A stretch of DNA of 64,000 nucleotides from Hemiscyllium ocellatum. Lineage: Eukaryota. Both the position numbers and the translations under genes were made by a program. Location: assembly GCF_020745735.1 (NCBI RefSeq), contig NW_026867863.1, forward strand, positions 862,504 to 926,503, read 5' to 3'. Positions 23,589 through 34,400 of the stretch are shown here, piece after piece (the stretch's first letter is position 1; each line of letters starts with the position of its first letter). The notes under the pieces were generated by a model. The model was given only the letters and a program-made list of their open reading frames with translations. It searched no databases and had not been told where the DNA came from.

Positions 23589-25600
23589 ACTGTATTTTCA
23601 CTCTGTTGGTGGATTTCAACAGTAGGTGACATATTTTTATTATGAGAGGAGAAACAATGTAAAATATATAACGGAGACAGCTTTTTCACAGAGAATGGTT
23701 TGTGGCGGGCACTGTTAAAACTTTCAGACGACATTTGGATAAGTAAATGAATATCAAACATTTGGAAGGATATGGGCCAAGTACACACAGGTGGGATCAG
23801 TTTAGTTTGGGATAATACTGGCATGGACTGGCTGGACCAAAGTTTCTGTTTCCATGCTTAATCACTCCATGACTCTGCGACTATTTATCTTTTTTTCTCA
23901 ATATTGAACAGTGTTGTCATGATCCTAGAATGAACTGTTGACGTTTATATTGTGTCTGAGACTTCGCGAATTCTTGTTTCAATGAGAGGAGGGACGAGTT
24001 CTCCAAGACACATAACTTAAAAATAAAATGTTCACCAGCTTTGTTGCTGTGCAGAATTGATTCTGTGGAGATAGTTTGCAATTGGCTTTCCACCACCTCG
24101 GCAACAATGAGTCAAAATATCTTTGATCCACTGCAGAAACTCCAGTAAATGAAACTGGGAACTCAAGGACCTTTTCGGCAGTTAGGTTATTTGCTGCCAA
24201 GTATTGCATCAAAAGACGAAATGAAGCAACCAAAATAAGATCCTACCAAACTATATTTTCCCATTTTCTCACAATGGACACATTCCACTTTGCATTTCTT
24301 CTTTTGAAAGGAAAGTCACTGAATACAGCATTCACCGTATGATTATGAGAAAACAGGAAATTGAATGCAATTACGTTCTGGTTAGTTCAGCCCATTTATT
24401 CAGTATATTTAAAGCTTCTGAATATGAAATTAATTGACCAAAATCCCACGTTGCAGTAACATTTGTTATTTTTATTTCAAAATAAATTGACAAATACGAA
24501 TTGGTTCAAACTCACATCACTTAATGCACGATTCTCTGATTCATGCACCTCATTAAAACGAAATGGGCCCTTTTATACTTGGTTAATACAGGTGTAATGT
24601 AACGCCGAATGTTTGCTGATTGTTACGAGTTAACTGTCCCTATCAGTGAGCAGAGAAATGTACTGTTTATGACCAACATTCGTGGTAATTATTATTGAAA
24701 TACGCACTAATATAACAAAACACTCCTGATGTACCCAGACAGTTACCTGCAATGGTTTAGATTTTGAGGATTTTGCTTTAACTAATGGACTGGCTTGTTC
24801 TAGTTCATTAGATGTTCTTTTAAAAGGTTACCTGGGTGTTGTATATCAGTGCCAACTCACTTTTTGTTTCTCAGGCAAACAGCTTTCCTTTATGATGCAT
24901 CTTAGGGTCGAAGCAATTCAAAAAAGAAGATGCAAGGAGAGACATTCTGCTTCTAATCTCAGGAACCAAACTGTTTAGTGACATACAATCACATTCTGAA
25001 TATAATCTCTTCAGACATGATCTATATTAGGTTGCCTAGATTGATTTCAGAAACGCAGATTGGAAATGATGTATTATTTCGTAACATCAGAGAGACTTTG
25101 AGGGACAGTAAAAATAACGCCACTAAATTTGATGGCTAATAATATTAGTGAAGTTCTATTTAGTTTTATCTGCTTGTGGTTGAATGTAGAATTAAATTGC
25201 AATTGAATATTCTAAATATAATCACTTTGAACACGCTATATATTCAGTTGCCTAAATTGATTTTTGCAATGTCTAGTATGAATTACATGTTATTTTGAAG
25301 TGCGACAGAGAATTGCAGTGTCCAGAAAAAAAAATGCTCAATTGTTTTATTAGCTGTTAATATCTTTGAACTTTGATTTTAGTTTTATCTGATTGTGAAA
25401 GAATTTAGAAATACAGGGAGTTAAATTCCAATTTAATTCGTTTTGTATTTTTTAAAACAAAGTACTTGCAACTAGCATTTGAAACAGACCTGAAGCTACT
25501 CAAATTTACTTCCACCATTTAAAAAAAACACTTCCAAAGAAGCTATTCAGCAAAACAAATATCCTAAGATGTGTATATCTCCAAGTTCAAGCGTAATCTC

Positions 25601-25723
25601 ATGTAAATACATGAACCCATCTTTTCGGGCTGTGCAAGCTGATACCAGGATCCGGTCTCAGACTCCAACTGGAAACCAAGAGTCGGAAGCTGTCAGCCTG
25701 CCCCTTCTGATGGCCACATAAAT
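25601..25723 (+). promoter_or_regulatory. Putative VH promoter: octamer variant ATGTAAAT (25601-25608) and TATA-like CATAAAT (25717-25723)
   Basis: These lie 209 and about 90 bp upstream of the ATG. ATGTAAAT is retained in the minus copy. Function is inferred. Confidence 0.45.
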
Positions 25724-25809
25724 CCTGGGCACTGGACCGTAATTCAACACGCCTGGATCGGCTTTGTTTAGAAAGATCTTGACAGAATATTTTCTCACAA
25801 TTTATCAGA

Positions 25810-25858
25810 ATGATTGTATCGACAATTTTTCTCAGTTTGTTACTGATTTTCTTATCAT
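25810..25858 (+). CDS. IGHV: VH leader exon MIVSTIFLSLLLIFLS(C)
   Basis: ATG, 16 hydrophobic codons and one nt, then a gtgagt donor. It joins the AG acceptor at 25985 to give [11 protein letters not shown]. Confidence 0.93.
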
Positions 25859-25985
25859 GTGAGTGTTTTTTGTTCAAGTCTTTCTTTGATACTGTCTCAA
25901 TGTTAGTCTACCTCAGGAATGTCAAAGACTCAGCCATCATTTCATCAGCGTTAATGTTGCAATTTAATTTGTTTTCTTTTCAAAG

Positions 25986-26307
25986 GTGTCCAGTCAGAGG
26001 TTGTTTTGACTCAGCCAGAGGCAGAGACTGGCCCTCCTGCTGGTAGCCTGAGACTGACCTGTAAAACCAGCGGGTTCAATCTTGGCAGCAGCTACATGCA
26101 CTGGGTCCGACAAGTTCCCGGCAAGGGCCTGGAATGGCTGCTGTACTACTATACTTCAGTCGACAAAAACTATGCACCAGCGATATTGGGCCGATTTACT
26201 GCGTCCAAAGAGACTTCAGACAACATTTTTGTGTTGAACATGGGAAACCTGAAGATCTAAGACACGGCCATCTATTACTGCGCAAGAGCAGTGGGTAGGT
26301 GGATATT
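25986..26307 (+). pseudogene. IGHV: IgM VH exon fused to D-like sequence; one in-frame stop
   Basis: [105 protein letters not shown]. Both Cys and the FR2 Trp are present. Confidence 0.95.
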
Positions 26308-26335
26308 CACTGCAATTATGATCGATACAAAAACC
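26308..26335 (+). promoter_or_regulatory. 12-spacer RSS
   Basis: CACTGCA (26308-14), attatgatcgat (12 nt), and a perfect nonamer ACAAAAACC (26327-35). Confidence 0.88.
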
Positions 26336-26643
26336 TTTCAGACCCTATTGTTTGCAACACGTCAGTGATTATTTCTACAAACCGTCTTAACTTGCAGTGC
26401 AGTATTAGTTCTCTGGGCTTCTGTGCATGTTTAATTTGTAAAAGTGGTGATAATTATTGATACACCAATTGGTTATTTTGAGAATCAGCTCAAGTGTTAC
26501 TCTGTGAAATATAAAACAACATAAAAATTTATTAAGAATGATCAGAATTCACTAGCGCATGTGATGTAGCTTCATTGTGACTTAATATTGCCAGTGGTTC
26601 CGAAAATGTAATGGGAGATTTTTGGATTGTTTTATGCAGAGCT

Positions 26644-26682
26644 AGTTATTATGTGGCCCAGTGCAGACAATGTAACACTGTG
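26644..26682 (-). promoter_or_regulatory. JH 23-spacer RSS
   Basis: AGTTATTAT (nonamer, 3 mismatches to GGTTTTTGT), 23 nt, and a perfect CACTGTG (26676-82) abutting J. Confidence 0.8.
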
Positions 26683-26730
26683 CCTATCTTGATGACTGGG
26701 GCCAAGGGACCATGGTGACAGTGACTTCAG
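26683..26730 (+). CDS. IGHJ: JH segment YLDDWGQGTMVTVTS with gtgag donor
   Basis: TGG GGC CAA GGG ACC ATG GTG ACA GTG ACT TCA G|gtgag. Confidence 0.95.
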
Positions 26731-27244
26731 GTGAGAATTTTAACCTTAACTGTGATTTTTTAAAAACTTTCCATTCATGTGATTAATTTCTGTATTAAAT
26801 GAAACTCATATTCTGCCTTGAGTTTGGTTTGGTTCGGAATAATTTTTGTTCAGGCTGATTATAGACTTCAGTTAAGGCTCAGCAAGTGGTTATAATGGTT
26901 GTGACGGAGTCAGTTACTCTGAGTGTCTCTTTGTTTCGATCCGATGGGCTTTCAGTGTGGCTGGGTTACTTAATGTCTCTTAATCAGTCAGGTATAAATA
27001 ATGTTTAACGACAGTGACACTGGGACTATCGGTTTTCTTATCGACAACAAATGCTAAGAAGTTGAAGATGTTCAAAATATTACCAAACATGATTAAAAAT
27101 GCTAAAATATCATTATCCATTTCTTGAATATATTTCCTGTACACATTATGTTCTTACCATGATTATATTTTCACCTTTATTTTGCTAATTTTGTTGATGA
27201 CAAGCAGGTTAGAAACTGTCATAATTTTTTGCAGGGCTATGTTT

Positions 27245-27540
27245 CATTCTGTTGATTGAGATTCTAAGATCGTTTGACTTGATTCTGTTGAATTGAGTTG
27301 TTCGGATTTTAAATTTGTTTCAGTTGATTCGGTTGAAATGAGTTGATTGGATTCTGACTGTGCTCTTACTTAGTTTTGCTGAAGTGTGTTGATTGAATTT
27401 TGAAATTGTTTTATTTGGTTCTGTTGAATTGAATTGGTGAGATTCTGATTATGTTTCATTTAAGTCTGTTGTTTTCAATTGATTGGATTCTGGTTTTATT
27501 TTCCTCGAATCTGTTGAATTGAGTTGATTGGATTCTTATT
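27245..27540 (+). repeat. Degenerate ~29-nt repeat in the proximal J-C intron
   Basis: ATTCTGTTGAATTGAGTTGATTGGATTCT-like units near 27282, 27327, 27419 and 27508, plus partials near 27246 and 27475. Confidence 0.75.
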
Positions 27541-29339
27541 CAGTTTGTGCAATTGATCTGTGTTTTCATGCTTTCTGTAATTGGTGTTTTCTTTCTGGCG
27601 ATAAGATGGTCTCTCTGAATTACTTTTAATTGAAAATCTTTGTGAAGTTCTTTGGTTTTCCTGAATCGTTTCGGCATTTGTTAAATTTGTATGCCATTTT
27701 TAACTCAGCTTGATTGAAAAATTTGCATCTGTTTGTAACTGTCTCAAAACCAACTTAAGGCAGAAATAAAGAAGCACGAGGAATGAAAAACTTGACTTTT
27801 TAATACAGTGGTGATTTTTTTTAAAAATCGCATTTCTAATTGTAAATTAACCGAATTTTGTTTTCAGTCGGTTCATTCAAAATAAAATTTGGGACTAAAT
27901 TCTGCAACTGCAGAATTGCTCAGTTCACAAAATTGAAACTAACTTACTACAATATTAAATTTTTTATATTGTCTTAATATTTTTCCATTAGAGAAATTTT
28001 GTTTTGTCCTTAAAGAGATTAATCATTATATGCCTAAAAATGCTGCACTAGATTGTCATGATCATCAAGGGTGTACAGTTGGGAAATAAATCTAACCTTT
28101 GCCGGAAAAGTTACAGCTTTAAATGTTACGTCCCCTCACAAACAAAACTGATGTTATGACTTGTTACTATTTGTTCAATTTAATCATTAATTTACTTGAT
28201 TCTGAGCAGTTCTGTTAGACTTCAGTTCGGGTTTTCTTGTGAGGTTACATCATGTTCTTGGTTCTGTTGAAACTGTTTGCAGTGCTAGCTCTGCTGCAAA
28301 CACATCGTGTTGTCATTTGTTGATCTTTGCTATGTTGAGTATTCTACATTGTTATTGCACTGTTCACATGATTTCTGTCAGTGAACCGCTCCAGTTTCCT
28401 CTTTCTCATTCAATGCAATCAGCATGCCAAATGAAACTTCACAAAGCTTGACGTTACGTGAAAGGTAAGTCGCAGGGTTTTGGAAATGAAGGGAAAACAG
28501 ATACCTTCAGGCGCGATTCTTAACGAGAAGTAATAATTAAAGATTAACCTAATCCACTCTTTACAATCCACGTTCAGAACTCAACTACATAGTTAAACCA
28601 CAATGTCTATCTTTAAACAGTTTAACAAGTCATAGAGAAATATAAATTGAATTTCAAAAGTATAATATTCCAGAAGTTGTTACCTTTGCAAACAAAATCC
28701 TTAACTGTGGTTATAATTGATCAAGAAATGCCTTTCCATTCTGCTGTATATTACACACAAGTTTTCTGGCTGGAAAATATGATTGGCAAAGACAATTTGG
28801 AAATTCTGCTCAATTCGATGAACAACAGATCAATTTCACTGCTTTGATCGGTTTCACAAGTAATCTGAGTCCTGAGTCAATTAATTGTTCTAGCCCTGAT
28901 TAAACTGGGTTTGCTGTGAAAAATGAAACCTGAGTAATTTAATCTGCACAGTGCTTTAGGTATCCCCAATCCCTACTTTTTAAATAAATAGTTACATTTT
29001 ACAGCACAATATCAACTGAAGAGTCATTCTTTTGGAAACAACTACTATAGTGAATTGGTGACCAAGGCCAAATTTCGAATTAATTGAAATAATCCACTTA
29101 TGAACTCGGAGGGCAGCATCATGGCTCAGTGGTTAGCATTGATGCTTCACATCGCCGGGATCCCAGGTTCGATTTTACCCTCGGGTAACTATCTGTACGG
29201 ACTTTGCACATTCGCCCCGTGTCTGCGTCGGCTTTCTCCAGGTGTTCCGGTTTCCTTAAGTAAAAAATGAGGTCTGCAGATGCTGGAGATCACAGCTGCA
29301 CAAAGCACAGCAGGTTAGGCAGCATCTCAGGAATAGAGA

Positions 29340-29375
29340 ATTCGACGTTTCGAGCATAAGCCCTTCATCAGGAAT
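29340..29375 (-). ncRNA. Minimal hammerhead ribozyme motif (family B)
   Basis: Exact reverse complement of 30551-30586. Confidence 0.75.
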
Positions 29376-30550
29376 AAGAGAGAGAGAGCCAAGCCGGCTG
29401 AGATAAAAGGTAGGGAGGAGGGACTAGGGGGGTGGGGCGATGGAGGTGGGATAGGTGGAAGGAGGTCAAGGTGAGGGTGATAGGCCGGAGTGGGGTGGGG
29501 GCGGAGAGGTCAGGAAGAGCATTGCAGGTTAGGAGGGCGGTGCTGAGTTGAGGGAACCGACTGAGACAAGGTGGGGGAGGGGAAATGAGGAAGCTGGAGA
29601 AATCTGAATTCATACCTTGTGGTTGGAGGGTTCCTGAATCGTGTAATCCAAGGACCTGCATGTCTCGGTGGAGTGGGAGGGGAGTTAAAGTGTTGAGCCA
29701 CGGGGTGATTGGGTTGGTTGGTTCGGGCGCCCAGAGGTGTTCTCTGAAGCGTTCCGCAAGTAAGCGGCCTGTCTCACAATATAGAGGAGGCCACATCGGG
29801 TGCAGCGGATGCAATAGATGATGTGTGTGGAGGTCAGGTGAACTTGTGGCGGATATGGAAGGATCCCTTGGGGCCTTGGAGGGAAGTGAGTGTGGAGGTG
29901 TGGGCGCAAAGTTTTACATTTCCTGCGGTTGCAGGGGAAGGTGCCGGGGGTGGAGGTTGGGTTGGTGGGGGGTGTGGATCTGACAAGGGAGTCGGTTCCT
30001 TAGGCAGGTGCTGAGGAAGGAGATGTGGCTGTGGTAACGGGTCTGTTTGAGAACGTGGCTGAAGAGCTTCTGCCTTAGGCAGGTGACTCCCTTGTCAGAT
30101 CCACACCCCCCACCAACCCAACCTCCACCCCCGGCACCTTCCCTGCAACCGCAGGAAATGTAAAACTTGCGCCCACACCTCCACACTCACTTCCCTCGGG
30201 GGAAGGAAGAGGACATGCAGGTCCTTGGACTCCTCCACCGGCAGAACACAACTACACGACGGCTGGAGGAGGAGCGCCTCATCTTCCGCCTGGGAACCCC
30301 TCCAACCACAAGGTATGAATTCAGATTTCTCCAGCTTCCTCATTTCCCCTCCCCCCCACCTTGTCTCAGTCGGTTCCCTCAACTCAGCACCGCCCCTCCT
30401 AACTGCAATCCTCTTCCTGACCTCTCCGCCCCCACCCACTCCGGCCTATCACCTCACCTTGACCTCCTTCCACCTATCCCACCTCCATCGCCCCTCCCCT
30501 AGTCCCTCCTCCCTACCTTTTATCTCAGCCGGCTTGGCTCTCTCTCTCTT

Positions 30551-30586
30551 ATTCCTGATGAAGGGCTTATGCTCGAAACGTCGAAT
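30551..30586 (+). ncRNA. Minimal hammerhead ribozyme motif (family B)
   Basis: ATTC-CTGATGA-A-GGGC ttat GCTC-GAAA-C-GTC-GAAT. Stem I is ATTC/GAAT, the triplet is GUC, and stem III is palindromic ACGT. Confidence 0.78.
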
Positions 30587-31124
30587 TCTCTATTCCTGAG
30601 ATGCTGCCTAACCTGCTGTGCTTTGACCAGCAACACATTTGCAGCAGTTCCGGTTTCCTTCCACAGCCTGAAAATGGGCAGGTTAGGTGAATTGGCAGTG
30701 TTGCTTTGCACATAGTGTTCAGGGATGTGCATATTTAGGGTGCATTCGGTGGGGTAAATATGGGTTGGGTAAATGGGTTTTCGTGGGCTCCATATTGCTC
30801 GGGCGATCGGTGTGGAATTGTTAGGCCAAATGGCCTGTTTCCAATATGTTGGAAATGTACTCTAAAACAATGGAAGTACTTGCTGCAAAAGCAGAGAATT
30901 TATTTCCCATCGATGTATTTAGACATATGCGGAGTTCATAAATTTGCAGAAGACATGAACTAGAGGATAACAGAGTACATTGTTTGAACTAGAGGATAAC
31001 AGGGCACATTGTTTATTCAAATGCTGAAAATAGAGTAATTTCTTTTAATCAATATACTTGACCGATTATTGCAATGTAGCAATCTGAAGGAGACTGCTCA
31101 CGTTAGTTAAGTATGATGATTATT

Positions 31125-31435
31125 TAGATTTGATTTCCTATAGTATATATTGGGCCATTTGACCCTACAAGGCCACACCGATCCTGTGAAGAGCAACCCA
31201 CCCAGACCCATTCCCCTACCCTATATTTACCCTTGAGTAATGCACCTAACACCATGGACAATATAGCACGACCAGTTCACCTGACGGGCACATCCTTGAA
31301 TTGTGGGAGGATTCCCACGCAGCCAAAGTAGAAACTGTGTAAACTCCACAGAGACAGTCACCCGAGGCTGAAACCGAACCCCGGTACCTGGATCTGTGAG
31401 GCAGCAGTGCGCAACACAAATCCACCGCTCTGCCC
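31125..31435 (-). mobile_element. HE1-type SINE
   Basis: cccacccagacccattcccctaccctatatttaccc...aaactccacagagacagtcacccgagg...tgccc. Paralog of 4646-4960. Confidence 0.85.
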
Positions 31436-34400
31436 ACATTTACTTAGCCACTCAGTTAAAGCGGGCAACTCCAGAGAGAAGCATGTTTTCAATTCACACT
31501 TTTTTAAAAAAAAAACATTTTCGTACATGAAAAGCTGCTAACAAGAAAATGAATTTGCCCTAATTTCTTCAACAGACATGCATTTCCACACTGTAATGCA
31601 GGACTAACGTCATGCAGTTCATGTAAAATCTCCACAGTTCAAGAAATGCTTTCAGATATGTAAAAACTATTTGGAGTATTATCCATTTCCTCCGGAGCTT
31701 TGCATTAATTGTTGACATATCTCACCATTGCTAATTACAACGACTTATTAAGTTTATTGACTCAGTGATTATCTATGTTCATTGTGAACACGTTCTCGTT
31801 TGCATTAATCCTTTGGTTAGTTCCTCTGATGAATGTTCAATTGCAGTGAATACATTGGATGTGAGGAATTGAGCAGATATATCTGCTAACATACAGATTG
31901 TTGTACATTTCGTTTCAGTGTTATCTCCGACTAACTTGTCAACGGGTCCTGACCATTTGTAAATTGTCTGGTTTGGGTACCTGAATTTTCGATAGTTCAA
32001 TTTTATCTTGCTCTTCAAATCGACTTTTATCTGCCAGAACTGCAATATTTGATTGGGTGCCTCAGAACTGAGTGCCGTGGCTAAGTTATTCCAATCAGAA
32101 CGAATACCACAGTAACAAAAGGCAGGCAGATTCCAAATGTTTTGATATTGGTTCTTGGCAATAAGGGATACTTGATTGAGCGATGAAGAGGGAAACATGC
32201 TGATTATTTCCTTTTGTGCCTCAGTTGGTCATGGACATGTAGCACAATGTAGAATCAAAAATTATTTTGCATCTTACTATTTGAAAACCTATTAGCGTTT
32301 AATATCACTGGCAACGGTCATAATGCATTTCAAAACATTTTCATCTATATCAAACTAAGTAGACCACGTGGGGCAGCAACATTCATAGGGGTTCTAGGGA
32401 AGGGAGTTCTAGGTTAAAATCCAGTGTCAGTGAATTGATGGTAATGTAATCCCACTTTTTATTCCTCAGAGAATTTGGACAATTCGGAGCTGCTGTCAAA
32501 GTATTCTTTGATAATTGTTGCAATGTTACTTTCGTGTACAAACTTTCTGGAACAATCCCTTGTTGTTGGAAAGTATCAATACTTAACATCATGTATGTAC
32601 TGTCAAACAGGTGGGCTGTCTTCTCTGAGATAGTGTGAAGCTCATTGTGTTCAGGTCTGCTGTGATATTATTGTAGTGTGCCTGACTCCATGGCAAGCGG
32701 CCTGTGTTCACTTACAGCCTGGTTGAGAAGTATAAAATACCAACTCTTATCCGGTTAATTCTGGGCAAAAAAGCAGATTGAGTTGTTAGTGTGTTTGTTG
32801 GAGTTCCACTCACAGAGGCAGGTGAAATCTATTTCATCTCTGTCCTGACTTGTATCTCTTAGATATTAAACAAAACTTTGGCGTTTAGCAGCTTTTTCGA
32901 GATCAATATTTGTTCACAAGATTTTGAGCACATCCAGCTGGGGTTAATCGAGTAAGTCCTTTAATAATTCCCAGCTTTATAACTGCTGTTCAAATAATAT
33001 CACGTATAACTAATCCAGAATGTATTGTTTTGAAGCATAATTGATGAGATTATGCCTAGGTTGTTTTACTTTATATTAAACTGGTGCTGTGGCTGAATAT
33101 GATTGTTCAGTACAATGGGGGTTCCGCTGATTCCAACACTTGCATCATATGGTGATAGCTTTTCAAGTGGTCTTCAATTGTTATCTCGGCTCATCCACTA
33201 CCTCTGCTAAGAATGCTTTTCTCACTGCAGTCAAGCAAACGTAACCGCTGTCTAACTCAACAGGTGTGAGTTCTTGTGCCAATAGCATGATAACAATTTC
33301 CTGAAGCGGGAGGGGATGGGGTAGGGGGGTGAGGGGTGTCTCTCGACGTGAAACGTTAACCTCGCTTTCTCTCCACAGGAGCTGCCAGACCTGCTGAGTT
33401 TCTTCAGAAATTTCTGTCTTTATTTTAGTTTTCTAGTATTCCAAGTTTTTTGATTCATTTCTAAAAATGTTCTGTTCGATTAAACAAGTTCTTCAGAGAG
33501 AAAATGCACTTAAACAAATTGAGAATGTTCAGAGATATTTATTATCAGAGAATCATGTTTTACAAGAAAGCATCATGAAGTAACAGCACACTTCAGAGTG
33601 CAGTGCCTGCTGTATTTGGGTGAGAGTTATTTTGATCAGTCAAGTAGTGAATGTCAGTGCTCCCATTCCAAATACCTGTAATCAACAGAATTACTTTTTA
33701 AAGAATGTGTGAAACAATTAATTTGCTAAAATATTTTAATACAAATTGTTCACCGCCAGTGCTAACCTAACGACTGACACATGATAGGGATGGGGAGGAG
33801 GACAGCACTAAGCCCTCGAGCTGATCCACCACTAACTTATATCATGGTGCATCTGCGCACTAACTGCAGACGCCTCTCTTTGGCTAAAACTCTTTACTAC
33901 CGTTGTTTTGCAAGCAAAGTCTATCCCAAATTTAATGGTTCGACTGCCCATAACAAAGGAAGACACCGTTTTTGAAAGGCATTTCTGTGAGTATTTAAAG
34001 GGACACAATGAGGCTGTAACATCCCAGTCTCGTATTCCACTAATGGTACTTCTTTATTCCAGGAAAGCATAATGTGTGATTGCCGTGCTAAAAATGAGGG
34101 AATCCTCATTTCCATTATATGATTACGAAATAGCTCTGTTAGTTGAGTGAAAACGCAGTCAAACCACACAGAATTAAACCATTCAACATGTCATCTTGTG
34201 TGGGCACGCAAGTGCCTCAAATACTTTTCAATTCTTCCGGCGGACAGGTGTGGAAGTATCAAACTTTTATATCGCATTGAAAAACCAGTTGTCCTCAGCA
34301 TACTTGAATTGCTGAAGCTCGTGTGGTATTAGCATTCACAGCACTGTTAGAAAGTGAGTCCCATGGCTGTGATTGAGGAAAAGTAAAACGGCAGGGAAAT

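Larger units (their letters stand above)
29258..30646. mobile_element. Fold-back Penelope-like insertion with 14-bp TSD
   Basis: GTTCCGGTTTCCTT occurs at 29244-29257 and 30647-30660. The arms ~29300-30000 and ~30085-30640 are inverted. GIY-YIG remnants include HIIYCIRCTRCGLLYI and RLEEERLIFRLGT. Confidence 0.88.
29111..30860 (+). mobile_element. HE1-type SINE split by a PLE insertion (parts 29111-29257 and 30647-30860)
   Basis: The SINE stops at ggtgttccggtttcctt and resumes at gttccggtttccttccacag..gtgaattggc. The paralog at 5165-5543 is unsplit. Confidence 0.88.
21480..34330 (+). repeat. Right arm of large inverted segmental duplication
   Basis: See the left arm. This arm is longer because of private insertions (SINE 23296-23588, PLE 29258-30646). 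Confidence 0.9.

Noticed and set aside
27245-27540. Repeat-spacer pattern resembling a CRISPR array
   Set aside because: The context is a vertebrate Ig intron. Units are degenerate, spacers vary widely in length and composition, and there are no cas genes.
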